Below, in pieces: positions 7,029-19,800 of a stretch of 64,000 bases of DNA. Position 1 is the stretch's first letter; every line of letters starts with the position of its first letter. The DNA lies in IMG/VR virus record IMGVR_UViG_3300047557_002530; one strand, written 5' to 3'. Made by a program: the position numbers and the translations under genes. The DNA comes from a virus. Lineage: Duplodnaviria > Caudoviricetes. The notes beneath the pieces were generated by a model. That model was given only the letters and a program-made list of their open reading frames with translations. It did no database searches and was not told where the DNA came from.

Positions 7029-7793
7029 ATGGCCAAAGGATTTACAGTTAAAGCATCAGCACCCAAACCCCAAGAAGAATGGGATATTGATGGAATTAAA
7101 GAAAGAATGCGAGGTAAGAGTATTGTATTCTGTCTACCAGGACGAGGATGTTCTTTTATCTTTTTGAAGAATTTCGTACAACTGTGCTTTGATATGGTAC
7201 AGAATGGTATGAGTATTCAGATCTCACAAGACTATAGTTCAATGGTAAACTTTGCTCGTTGTAAAGTTCTTGGAGCAAATGTTTTGAGAGGACCAAAGCA
7301 GATTCCTTGGGATGGAAAACTGCAGTATGATTATCAACTTTGGATTGATAGTGACATTGTTTTTGACACGAACAAGTTCTGGCAACTCTGTGATCTTGCT
7401 CTCAATGCGGAAGGTGAGGAGAAGGAAATCGTCGCAGGTTGGTACGCTACTGAGGACGGTCACACAACTTCTGTCGCACATTGGTTGGAAGAAGATGATT
7501 TCCGTAAGAATGGCGGAGTCATGAACCACGAAACTGTGGAATCAATCAGCAAGCGTCGTAAGCCATTCACTGTAGATTACACAGGTTTTGGTTGGGTACT
7601 TATTAAGAAAGGTGTATTTGAAAATCTTGAATACCCTTGGTTTGCTCCTAAGATGCAAGTCTTTGATTCTGGCAAAGTACAAGATATGTGCGGTGAGGAC
7701 GTTTCATTCTGTCTTGATGCTAAAGAGGCAGGCTTTGAAGTTTGGTGCGACCCTCGTATTAGAGTCGGTCATGAGAAAACTCGTATTATCTAA
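7029..7793 (+). CDS. GT-A-fold glycosyltransferase-like conserved cyanophage protein
   Basis: WIDSDIVF (DxD), TGFGWVLIKKGVFE, GEDVSFCL..KEAG, VGHEK. Confidence 0.65.
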   Translation: MAKGFTVKASAPKPQEEWDIDGIKERMRGKSIVFCLPGRGCSFIFLKNFVQLCFDMVQNGMSIQISQDYSSMVNFARCKVLGANVLRGPKQIPWDGKLQYDYQLWIDSDIVFDTNKFWQLCDLALNAEGEEKEIVAGWYATEDGHTTSVAHWLEEDDFRKNGGVMNHETVESISKRRKPFTVDYTGFGWVLIKKGVFENLEYPWFAPKMQVFDSGKVQDMCGEDVSFCLDAKEAGFEVWCDPRIRVGHEKTRII

Positions 7794-7954
7794 TGAATAA
7801 ACTCTACAATCTTTCTTATAAAGGTCGTACAATTTATAAAGATCTCAGTGCAGAAGACTGTGCTGAGATTCTTCAAGATCTCTCAGAGCGTTTTTACTCG
7901 GGAGAAGACATTGATCCTAATTTAATTGAAATGGAGGAAATTACAAATGGCTAA
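7793..7954 (+). CDS. small hypothetical protein (53 aa)
   Basis: Hand-translated; TAATG overlap with the upstream gene. Confidence 0.6.
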   Translation: MNKLYNLSYKGRTIYKDLSAEDCAEILQDLSERFYSGEDIDPNLIEMEEITNG

Positions 7955-8090
7955 AGGCGGTGGATCTAATAAGACTATTTTTGAACCTGGCGCACCCAAG
8001 AAAACACGTCAAGGACGTTCGCCACGTACATTGCTAAGTGCAACTTCTCGTAATGGACGTAAGAAAAAGTATCGCGGTCAAGGAAAATAA
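7947..8090 (+). CDS. small, very basic protein (47 aa)
   Basis: MAKGGGSNKTIFEPGAPKKTRQGRS...KKKYRGQGK; GGAGG ribosome-binding site upstream. Confidence 0.7.
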   Translation: MAKGGGSNKTIFEPGAPKKTRQGRSPRTLLSATSRNGRKKKYRGQGK

Positions 8091-8096
8091 AATAAA

Positions 8097-8312
8097 ATGA
8101 TTCAACTTAATCCTCAAATCCCAGTCTTTACCCCAAAAGGTAAAGGTTGGGCTTTTTTTGTAATCGATCGTTCGCAGGAACATGATCTTGAGTGGGTTGT
8201 CTTTCTAGATAGTAATGGAGAATGTTGGACTTTTAGGAATTCTGACATTCGCATTCAGAAAAATTATACTTTAAATCGCCATAATACAAATATTTTTGAT
8301 AAATCGGGATAG
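8097..8312 (+). CDS. hypothetical protein
   Basis: 71-aa ORF in the operon. Confidence 0.65.
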   Translation: MIQLNPQIPVFTPKGKGWAFFVIDRSQEHDLEWVVFLDSNGECWTFRNSDIRIQKNYTLNRHNTNIFDKSG

Positions 8313-8355
8313 AAACCCCGTAAAAAGTTCTGATTTTCAGTAATCAGGAGCAAAA

Positions 8356-8517
8356 ATGGACCAAAAAATGCTTAGAGAGATCGCAAATGACGATTTAAAC
8401 CCAAAAAAACACGATTTTTATCACCAAAATGAAATTCATGAAAAAATTCGCAATGATGAAGACTATGATGATTGGGAATATGGGACAGAACCCCTCTATG
8501 AATCAAAAAATCGTTAA
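8356..8517 (+). CDS. small acidic hypothetical protein (53 aa)
   Basis: AGGAG ribosome-binding site at 8346-8350; hand-translated. Confidence 0.6.
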   Translation: MDQKMLREIANDDLNPKKHDFYHQNEIHEKIRNDEDYDDWEYGTEPLYESKNR

Positions 8518-8523
8518 TAAATA
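8516..8523 (+). promoter_or_regulatory. late promoter (NATAAATA)
   Basis: AATAAATA about 30 nt upstream of gp25. Confidence 0.55.
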
Positions 8524-8554
8524 AGTTAGATTATTAAAATTATCATCATTTCTT

Positions 8555-8956
8555 ATGCCTTCTGAAAGGATAAGCAAAGCATTTAAAGATATTAGTTTAT
8601 CCTTTCAGGTTAATCCCCTGAATTATGACTTGATTGCGATCAAAAATGAGACTGCTATCGCACGTTCTATACGTAATTTAGTTTTGACTCAACCAGGAGA
8701 GAGATTTTTTAATCAAAATCTTGGTTCTAAGGTAAATCAGTCTCTTTTTGAAAATATTGATGATATTAGTGCTTCTATACTTCGCGATGAAATCAGAAAC
8801 ACTATTGAAAATTATGAACCAAGAGTTGATTTAATAGATGTTGTAGTCACCCCAAATTATGATGATTACGAATTTAGCGTAAATGTTAGTTATTACATAG
8901 TTGGTGTTGATGTATTACCACAACAGTTAACATTTGCATTACAACCAACACGATAA
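8555..8956 (+). CDS. gp25: baseplate wedge subunit gp25
   Basis: AIARSIRNLVLT.PGERFFN.NLGS and IENYEPRV motifs; lies just before gp6. Confidence 0.92.
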   Translation: MPSERISKAFKDISLSFQVNPLNYDLIAIKNETAIARSIRNLVLTQPGERFFNQNLGSKVNQSLFENIDDISASILRDEIRNTIENYEPRVDLIDVVVTPNYDDYEFSVNVSYYIVGVDVLPQQLTFALQPTR

Positions 8957-10867
8957 ATGGCACTAGTTAATTTCACAAACCTAGATTTCGATCAAATCAA
9001 AACTTCGATTAGAGATTATCTCAGATCGAACTCAAATTTTACTGATTATGATTTTGAAGGATCTAATCTTTCTATAATCTTAGATATTCTAGCGTATAAT
9101 ACATATATTTCCTCATACAATGCTAACATGGTTAGCAATGAGGTTTTTATTGATAGTGCCACACTCAGGGAAAATGTTGTTTCCATTGCAAGAAGCATTG
9201 GGTACACTCCAAGATCAAGAACAGCATCAAAAGCAAACGTTTCTTTCTTTGTAGATACTTCTACAGCACCTTCTCCACAAAAACCTCTTACATTAACCTT
9301 AAAGAAAGGAATTGTATCCACTACTTCTGGATCATTTAGTGGAGTAAGTTATGTTTACTCTATTCCAGATGATATAACTGTTCCTGTTATTAATGGAATT
9401 GCTGATTTTAGTAATATCACAATCTATGAAGGAACTTATATTACAGAAACCTATACGGTAAATTCATTAGATCCAAATCAAAGATTTATTTTAAACAACG
9501 CAAACATAGATTCTTCTCTTATTCGCGTTGAAGTTAGGGATGGTTCTCTTGGACCAAGAAAGAAATATATCCAATCAAACAATATTTTAGACATTAACTC
9601 CGAATCAAGAATTTTCTTCATTCAGGAAATTGAAGATCAAAGATATGAGATTATATTTGGAGATGGTATTTTTGGTAAAAAATTAATTAATGAAAATATT
9701 GTCGAAGTTTCATATGTGATTACAAATGGAGAATCCGCAAACGGAGTTTCTTCTTTTGTTTTTAATGGAACTATTGTAGATAATAACAACTTTGATGTTA
9801 CGAGTGGTATTTCACTCATATCAACCAATATTGCAGCAAGTGGTGGTAAGGAGATAGAATCTGTAGACTCTATTAAGAAATATGCAACTAGAATTTATGC
9901 AGCACAAAATAGAGCAGTAACTTCAAGTGACTATGAGGCAATCATTCCTCAAATATATCCAGAAGCAGAATCGGTTTCTGTATTTGGCGGAGAAGATTTG
10001 GATCCACCGCAATACGGAAAAGTTTTTATTACAATTAAACCAGAAGGTGGTTTCTTTGTTTCCAATGGCGTTAAAGATAATATAAAGAGTGCTCTTAAGA
10101 AGTACTCTGTGGCAGGTATTGTTCCTGAAATATTAGATTTAAAATATCTCTCTATTGAAATTGATAGTACAATATATTACAACAATAATAATGCACCATC
10201 TTCAGATTATGTTTCAAGTGTTGTAAGTAATAACGTACAAAAATATGCCAACTCTTCAGAATTAAACAAGTATGGTGCAAGGTTCAAATATAGTAAGTTT
10301 TTAAGAATTATTGATGATAGTCACGAATCAATAACTTCTAATATAACAACAGTTCAGATGAGACGTGATTTAAAACCAGTGTTAAATAGTTTAGCAACAT
10401 ATGAAATTTGTTTTGGAAATCAGTTCCACATCAAAAATAATGATGGATTTAATATAAAATCATCTGGGTTTTATATTAATGGTATTGAAGATCCTGTTTA
10501 TTTGACTGATGTGCCCGATGTAAATGGAATAACTGGCATCATTAACATTTTTAGATTGAATTCTGCAGATCAATACAAAATTATAGTTGCCAATGCAGGA
10601 ACTATCAATTATGTAAAAGGTGAAATTAATTTAGATGCCATCAATATTTTACAAACTGTTAAAAATGATGGCGAACCAATCATAGAAATTTCTGCAATTC
10701 CAGAATCTAATGATATTATTGGACTACAAGATCTTTATTTAAATCTCAACATTAGTGATGTTAGTTTGGAGATTTTACCTGACAAAATTTCATCTGGAGA
10801 TGATCCTTCAGGATCTACATATACAAAAACAACAAGTTACAGTAATGGTTCTATTATAAGAGAATAA
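8957..10867 (+). CDS. gp6: baseplate wedge subunit gp6
   Basis: LDFDQIK, DFEGSNLS.ILD.LAYNT, ATLRENVVS.AR, QNRAVT..DYE motifs. Confidence 0.95.
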   Translation: MALVNFTNLDFDQIKTSIRDYLRSNSNFTDYDFEGSNLSIILDILAYNTYISSYNANMVSNEVFIDSATLRENVVSIARSIGYTPRSRTASKANVSFFVDTSTAPSPQKPLTLTLKKGIVSTTSGSFSGVSYVYSIPDDITVPVINGIADFSNITIYEGTYITETYTVNSLDPNQRFILNNANIDSSLIRVEVRDGSLGPRKKYIQSNNILDINSESRIFFIQEIEDQRYEIIFGDGIFGKKLINENIVEVSYVITNGESANGVSSFVFNGTIVDNNNFDVTSGISLISTNIAASGGKEIESVDSIKKYATRIYAAQNRAVTSSDYEAIIPQIYPEAESVSVFGGEDLDPPQYGKVFITIKPEGGFFVSNGVKDNIKSALKKYSVAGIVPEILDLKYLSIEIDSTIYYNNNNAPSSDYVSSVVSNNVQKYANSSELNKYGARFKYSKFLRIIDDSHESITSNITTVQMRRDLKPVLNSLATYEICFGNQFHIKNNDGFNIKSSGFYINGIEDPVYLTDVPDVNGITGIINIFRLNSADQYKIIVANAGTINYVKGEINLDAINILQTVKNDGEPIIEISAIPESNDIIGLQDLYLNLNISDVSLEILPDKISSGDDPSGSTYTKTTSYSNGSIIRE

Positions 10868-10868
10868 T

Positions 10869-13800
10869 ATGTCAAATACAAGAGTCAAAATTGGTTCAAT
10901 TGTACAAAACCAACTTCCAGATTTTGTACAGGAAGAATATCCCCTTGTAGGTGAATTTTTAAAGGAATATTATAATTCTCTAGAAGGAAAAGGAGGGACA
11001 CTTGATGTTCTTCAAAATATTGATCAGTATTTAAAACTCGAAAATCTGACAGAAACCCTCTTTAGTAGAACAGTAACGGCAAAACCAACCTCACCACAAT
11101 CATACTTTGCGGTAAGTGGAGGATTTTCTATTGAGGATCTTATAGTATATAAAAATGGGACAAAGTTAACCAAAAATATTGACTACATTACAGTACAGTC
11201 AACTGCAGTTAGTTTAGCGCAGCCAGCAGTCAATGGAGATATAATTGAATTTGTAGTTCAAAGTCCATCCTCAACATTTTTAACTAGTAATGCTGATTTT
11301 ATAGACTCTACAATTAATGTTGCATCAACTTATGGATTCCCAGAAACAAATGGAATAATAAGAATTGATTCGGAAATTATTCTTTATGGCGGAAAAACTA
11401 ATACCTCATTTACTAATTGCACTAGAGGATTTAGTGGAATAACATCTTATAGATCAGAAAATCAACCAGAACAATTAGTATTTTCTACTTCTGAAATATC
11501 AACACATTCTAGCAATTCTCGCGTAGAAAACTTAAGTTCTCTATTGCTAAGAGAATTTTTAACTAAACTAAAAAAACAGTTAATTCCTGGTTTTGAAAAT
11601 AGGCAATTTACTGATGGATTAAATGAAAAGATTTTTATAAAGCAAGCAAAAGATTTTTATAGTTCAAAAGGAACAGACGACTCATATAAAGTTATTTTTA
11701 AAGCTCTTTTTGGCGAGTCCGTAAATGTTTTAAAACCAAGAGATTTTCTTTTAAAACCTTCAGACGCAAAATATAGAATTACTAGAGATTTAGTAGTAGA
11801 ATCTATTTCTGGTGATCCCACATCTATGGTAAATCGTACCATATATCAAGATGCGGATAGTTCTTTCGACAAAGCATATGGAACTGTAACCAATGTAGAA
11901 AAAATTCAAAGAGCAAATAAGACGTACTATGTGTTGAGTTTAGATAGTGATTATAACAAAGACCTTACTGTTGAGGGGACAGTCTTTGGTGATTTTACAA
12001 TCCATGCTTCAACAAAATTAACTACAAAAGTACCTATCAACAGTCAAGTTTTGGATGTAGACTCAACGATAGGATTCCCTTTGTCAGGAACTATAGTCTA
12101 TAACGTAAATGGAGCAGAATATACAAGCAATTATTTTAATTCAAATCTAACCCAATTTATACTAACTGGAGAAACCTCCGTAGAAATACCAAAAGGAACT
12201 GATATAAAAATAAATGCCTTTGCATATTCTAAAGTTGGAGATGAGACGGTAAAAGTAAGGGTTACTGGAGTATTGTCTGACGTATCCTATGACAAAGACA
12301 CCTATCTTATGTCAAAAGGAGATCCCCTAAAAACAGTTACACTGGGATATAAGGGGTCTAATGAATTATCAAATAACTGGATATTTAATTTAGCAAATAA
12401 ATTTAATATCCAGGAGATTAAAGGACCAAATTCGTCAAATCCAACCTTAAATGTATTTTCATATGAGTTCATAACTTATGATCCTCATACATTTTATCTT
12501 GGAGATACTTTAAATTTAATCTCCTCAGATGGAAATAGTTTTACATACAAAGTTGTTAGAGTCAATAATGATAGATCTATAAGTGTTGAAGGTCCAAGAA
12601 TAACTAACTTGAATTTGAAGTACATCGCTGAAAGAACTATCGTAAAACCAAAGTTCTCTAACTTTAGTTCTGTAAATCAATATACAGCAAATGTCCAGAA
12701 TGTTTATGTGCGAAATCAAGAGGATGTTTATGTAACAGCAAATTCTTTGCCAAATTATTTGGACGAAAGTATTGAATTAAAAACTACAGATATTGTTTTT
12801 TCTGGTATTTTTAACGGAGAAACTTTAGACCTAAGTTCAGGAAATCCTAATAATTATCATGGACTTTACACTGGTGATTCCATAACTTATGTCGATCCTT
12901 TTAATACTGCAAATTCTCTAGGAATACTGGCAAAAATATATTATGTAGAAAAAATTGATGATTTAAAAATAAAATTATCAAATAGTAGATCGAACTTATT
13001 CAATAAAAAGTATGTTTCAATTTCTGGTCCAGTAACTGTAACTAATAATATTTTTAGAAAAACAAGTTTACAATTTTTAGAATTTTCTCCTCAAAGTTAT
13101 ATTAAAAATATAACAACACCATTACCGGCAAATAATGAAGATAACACAGAAACTCCATCTGGTCCAATTGGAATATTCCTTAATGGTGTAGAAGCTTTCG
13201 GATATAAATCTGAGGATAAAGTTTATTATGGAGGAATTCAGCAAATTAATGTACTTGATGGAGGAGTTGACTATGATGTAATTACTCCTCCAGAAATTTC
13301 AATTTATGATAGTAAAGGATCTAATGCAAAAGCATACGTTCATGTTGAAGGATCTTTGGATAGGATCGATGTCCTTGATGGTGGATTCGATTATCTAGAA
13401 GATCCTATAATTACCATCTCTGGCGGAAATGGTGTTGGAGCAATAGCAAAACCAAACTTTACTAATGTAAGGCATAGAGTTTCTTTTAATGCAATAGAAT
13501 CTGCTGGGTTTGTGAATCTATCTACAAACACAATTGGGTTTTCTTCTTATCATAAATTTAGAGATTATGAAAAGGTTTCATATTTAACTGAAGGGCAAAC
13601 ATCCGTTGGCGGGATAACAACAAACGCCCAATATTATGTAAACGTCCAGAACACATATGATGTAAAATTACATAAAACTTTAAATGATGCAGTTTCTGGT
13701 ATTAATACTGTAGATTTAACATCGTATGGTGTTGGTATTCATATTTTAGAATCATTTACATCTAAAAGAATCATTTCAAGTTTTAGTGTTTTAGATAGTG

Positions 13801-16800
13801 GTTCTGGATACTCGAATAAAAAAATTTCATGTTCCTCCTCAGGAATTAACACTGCATCAAACACTGTTAATATTATAAATCATGGATATAAAACCGGAGA
13901 AATTGTAAAATATACTTCGACTGGTTCTGCAATTGGAGGATTATCAAATAATGAATCATATTACGTTGTTAAAGTAAACGATAATCAGTTTAAACTTTCT
14001 CAAGTAGGAATTGCAACAACCAATAAAGATTTTTATCTTAAGACAAACCAAACAGTAAATTTAACATCTATCGGATCATCATCCCATATTTTCAATTATC
14101 CTGAAATTATTGTATCAGTAAAAGGAAAAATTGGAGTTTCTACACTGACGGGACAAGATTTTAATGCAAAAGTCCAACCCGTTTTCAGGGGATCTATTAA
14201 TAAAGTATTTGTCTATGACACTGGAGTTGGATATGGATCTTCGGAAATTATCAATTATGAGAGACAACCAACAGTTGTTTTAGGGATAGGTTCTCAAGCT
14301 CAATTATCTCCAATTGTAAACAACGGACAAATAAAACAAGTTCTAGTTTTAAATGGAGGAAGTAATTACACTTCCTCACCAACTATTAATGTCATAGGTA
14401 TTGGAACTGCTGCGATTTTAACTCCAATCATTAGTAATGGAAAAATAGTTGAAGTTAAAGTTGTAAACGGTGGAGTCGGATTTAGTACCATAGGAACATC
14501 TTTGGAAGTAATTTCTGCAGGTAGAAATTTTAAATCAGAATGCAAAATAAAACCCTGGATTATTAACAAAATAGAGAAAAATTTAAATTCTAACAGAATA
14601 ACAGATGATGATGGTCTTATTGACAAATCATCTTATACAAATAATGGATTACAGTATTGTCACGTTTATGCTCCAAGAAAACTGAGAAGAACTGTCTTTG
14701 GTATAGATTATGTAAATGGTAGAAAAGTTTTTATCCCAGACTTAAATATCAGTGGAAACAGAGAGGTAAATTCTACAGTACACTCCCCTATAATTGGATG
14801 GGCCTATGATGGAAATCCAATTTATGGACCATATGGATACTCATCTCCATCTGGCGGAACTGTTAGGGAAATGGTATCTGGATACATCTCTCAAGTTTCT
14901 TCCGATAGACCAGATCCAATATCATCATCGGGTCAAAAAATTTATCCAGAAGGATTTTTTGTAGATGATTATCAGTTTAATAATTCTGGAGATTTAGACG
15001 AACATAATGGAAGATTTTGCGTAACTCCAGAATTTCCAAATGGAATTTATGCATATTTTGCAACCATTAACAATGGTTCTACAGAAACATCTGGCATATT
15101 CAAAAACTATAAAAAACCAACTTTTCCTTATTTAATTGGAAACACTTTTAAATCTACCCCTAACCAATTTAATTATAATAGAGAATTAACAGATCAAAAG
15201 ACTTTTCCCTTCGAAACAAGCAATTTACTCAGAAACACAAAGCCTTACAATTTAACAAGTGGAAATTCTCAATATGATTTTGTGTTTAATCCATTAAAAG
15301 TAAAAGAGCCTGCTGTAAAAGTAAAATCAATTCTTTTATCTGGACTGGATGATATTGGAATTACTACTGGTGGTAATGGTTATAAGATTGGGGATAAAGT
15401 TATATTCAATAACACAAATACTAGTGGTTCTGATGCATATGTTGAGGTTTCATATCTGAAAGGAAAAGAAATCAATTCCATAAGTTTTGCATCAACTTTT
15501 GCACAAAATGTTGAATTTTATCCATTAAATTCAACAGGGAAGTTTATTGGATTCTGCTCTAATCCACACAGTCTCGTAAATAAAGATATTATATCGATTT
15601 CTGGACTTAATACTTCAGTAAGTTCTTTCAATGAGTTTTTCCAAGTCGGTGTTAGGTCCGACACACTTGCTCTTTCTGGACCTGTCGGTAACTCAACTGC
15701 CACTGGAATCATTACTTATTTTAATGTAAGTGGATCTTTAGAGTTTCCAAATATAAGAGAAAATGACGTTTACCACATTGAAAATGAAAAAGTAAAGATT
15801 TTATCCATTGACAAATTATCTTCTAGAGTAAAGGTTTTGAGATCTTATGAATCTACTTCAGGATCCGCACACACTGCTTCTACAGTTTTATATGAAAAGA
15901 CCAGGAAGTTTACTTTTGATAACTCAAAAGGTGTAAATATAAACTATAACTTAAATAGAGAAATATATTTTAATCCATCAGAATCCGTTTCCCTAGGAAC
16001 ATCTACAGGTGTTGGAGCAGGTTCAACTTTATATTTTTCAAACCCAGGAGCAGGAATCACAATTGTCTTTGTCCCAACAAAGACAATTTACTTACCATCA
16101 CATAAATTAGAAACTGGAGAAGAGTTGACTTATACGAGTAATGGTGGATCTCCACTGTTTGTTTCTGATGATGGGGTAAGTAGTTTTCAGTTATCAGATA
16201 ATCAATCAGTTTATGTTGCTAAAGTTTCTGATGATTTGATTGGAATTTCTACAAATAAAGTTGGTTTAGGGTCTACTGGATCTTTTGTTGGAATTGACAG
16301 TAGTATTACGACTTCTACATTATTCTTTACAAATCTTGGATCTGGAGTCAACCATAGTTTCAAAACCAATTATTCAAATGTTTTAACAGGAGAGTTTGTA
16401 AGGAATACAGTCACAGTTTCTACTGCATCAACTCACGGATTAAAACCGGATGATTTGGTTTATCTGGATGTTCTTCCTGGAATCACAACTACTGTTGTTG
16501 TAAAATATAATGACAAGAACAGAAGATTAGTAATTAATCCAAAATCCTTTGCAGCATCTGATGTTAGTATTACAAATAATACTATTACTATTCCAAATCA
16601 TGAATATGCAACTGGCGAAAAAGTAATTTACAATGCAACTGTTGCAATTGGTGGACTAACAAATGACGACATCTACTATATCGTCAGATTTAATAAAGAC
16701 ACGATCAAACTAGCATCAAGTTATTATAATGCAACTAAAGATATTCCAGAAATAATTGATTTTACAAGTGCTTCTTCAGGAACACTATCTTTAATTAATC

Positions 16801-19800
16801 CAAGAATTTTTGCTATTTCAAATCAAACTATTAGATTTGATCTATCGGATAGTTCATTATCATATACTAAAGGATCTCTTTCTTATCCAGCATTTGATTT
16901 TAAACTATATACAAATTCAGATTTTACTGAAGAATTTAGCAAAACAACAAATTCAACGAAGTTTGATGTCATTAAGACTGGTAGAATAGGAGTAACTTCA
17001 ACTTCTTCCATTACTTTAACAACAGAAAACCTTGATTTTGATTTATATTATAACTTAGTCCCTGTAGACTTAACCGATAATTTTGTTTCTAAAAAAGAAA
17101 TAATTGTAGATGATGATAATGTCAACTCAAATAACAGGTTAATTTTATCACAAAGTTCATATTATGGATTCCACAACATAGTTGGAGTGGGACAGACAAC
17201 ATTTACTTTCAATATTCTGAATAATCCAGAAAGTTCATCATACACAAGTTCTGATGGAAATTTCCAATATTACACTGATTCCAAAAATACAACTGGAGAA
17301 ATTAAATCTGTTGAAATAAAATCTCCAGGAAGATTTTATAATACTTCTCCCGGTATAACATCTGTATTTTCTACTAATGGACGTGGTGCTATTTTAGACC
17401 CAATTACAGTTTCTATAGGAAAAGTTAATAGAGTAGAAATAGATGATATTGGTTTTGATTATCCTGCAGATGTAACTTTGCGTCCAACTTCCAAGTTGCC
17501 CCAAATATTAAAAGTAAATCCACTTTCAATATTTAAGAGTGTTGGAGTTTCTTCAGTTGGAATTGATTACAGCATTTCTCCAGATCTTGTTGTAATTGAT
17601 TCTTTTACAAATCAGGTTGTTAGTGATGCTGATTTGAAGTATGATATAAATTCCAAGACTGTGGAAATTGTAAAAAATACTGAAGGAATCTATAACACAA
17701 AACCAACAATAATTCCAATCAACAACTCCAATGGAATTCCTATTAAGAATATTACATTCAATAGTACAAATAAAAATGTAACCGTCGAACTAGATGTTAA
17801 TTATAGCTTTGGTCAAATTTTCCCCTTTAATGTAGGAGATAAAGTTTTAATTGAAAATGCTAATGTTGGCACAGCATCAACCGCAAAAGGTTATAGTTCT
17901 AAAAATTATAACTATGCTCTATTTACTTTAACCTCGGCGAATCCACAATATGGGGGATCTGGGGCAAATATTGTATATAACCTTTCAAATTATCTATCCT
18001 CTTCAGAATCTCCCGGAACCTTTGATTCGGAAAATTCTGCGGCTATTGTTGTACCAGAAAAGTATTTCCCAATATTCAATCCTGTTTTAGAAAAATACAA
18101 ATTCTTTAAGGGCGAAAAGGCAGTTAGTGGATCTTCAAGTGGAATTGTATTAAATTGGAATGAATATACAGAGGAATTGAAGTTATCTTCGGGCGACACG
18201 TTTGAAGTGAATTCTATCATTCAAGGCGAAACTTCAAAAGCAAAGGGTTCGATTCGTACAGTTGACGATTTTGATGCAGTATATAACGTTGGAGCATCGT
18301 CAATTGTGAAAAAGGGGTGGAATTCTGAAAGTGGATTTTTGAATAACCAATTTCAAGTTACCTCTGATAATAATTACTACCAAAATTTCTCATACTCAAT
18401 AAAGTCTAAAGTTGATTATGAAACTTGGAATGAATCGATAGGAAATCTTAACCATACTACTGGATTTAAAAAATTTAGTGATTTAGTTATAGAATCAATT
18501 GATTCTGCTTTTGTGGGAATATCAACATCTCAAAATGATGGAGATTTTTCTGGATTAGCAGATTTAATAACTGAAATTGATCTAAACTGCACTAATGATT
18601 TCGATCTTGCTAGGGAAAAAACATTAAGTATTGATTCTGATTATTATTCGAAAGAAATTATTTTAAATTCTATTTCTTTGCAGGATGAATTCCAATCAAT
18701 AGGAAACAGAGTTCTTACAATAGATGATATTAGCGAACAATTCTCCAATGTCCCATCAGAACAAAATTATTCTAATGTAGATTCATTTAGATTATCTGAT
18801 TTTAGATCTAAGAAATATATAACCTATGTGAGAGACAAGAGATTTACTGGTCTCAGACAAATTTATCTTGTTTCTTTAATGCATGATGGATTGGAAGGAT
18901 ACTTGAATCAATATGCTAGATCAGAAACTAGTGTTGATTTGGGGTCATTTGATTTCTCTATTTTTGGGTCTGAAGGTACATTAGAATTCTATCCACTAAG
19001 TTATCTTTATAGCAACTATGATATTAGTGTAATATCGTACGGAATTAGAGATACTTCTTCTGGTATTGGAAGCACTTCTTTTGGTAGTTTAATTGATGTA
19101 AGATCATCGACAGCAACAGTTCCCGCAGGAACTACCACACAGACAAATATTGTTGGTATCGGATCTACTTATTTGGCATCAAAAGTCTTGGTTCAGTTCT
19201 CTTCTACAAACGGTACATATTTCCAGTTTGATGAAATAACTTTATTGAATGATGGTACTGATGTAAGTATTTTAGAATATGGTCGCTTATCAAACTCAAG
19301 TAGAGTCAGATATGTCGGAGAAGGAATAGGAACTTATACCGCTTATATTTCTGGATCAAATGTCAATTTAGATTTTACGCCAAATGTTGGATTGGGAACT
19401 ACCTATGTTATTAATACACTTAGAGTTTCAGTTGCTAGTACAAATGTAGGAATTAGTACTTCCTCATTATCATTTGACAATTGCGAAGTAAGGTCCGGAT
19501 ACGTATCTATTTCTTCGTCGCCAACACCTACTCAAATTGGAATAACAACATATTCTAAAGAATATGGATCGGCTTATTATATTGCAGTTGTTAAAGACAG
19601 TACAAATAATCAATATCAAGTTTCTGAACTAGTAGTTGTTGATGATGAAACTGAAGCATATGTATCTGAATTTGGTGTTGTAGAAACGTCTTCCGGACTA
19701 GGAACTTTTGGAGTCGGTGTTAGTTCTATAACAGGAACAACATTAACATTTACCCCCAATCCAAATATTTCGGCAGAGGTTAAAATCTATCAAAATTCAA

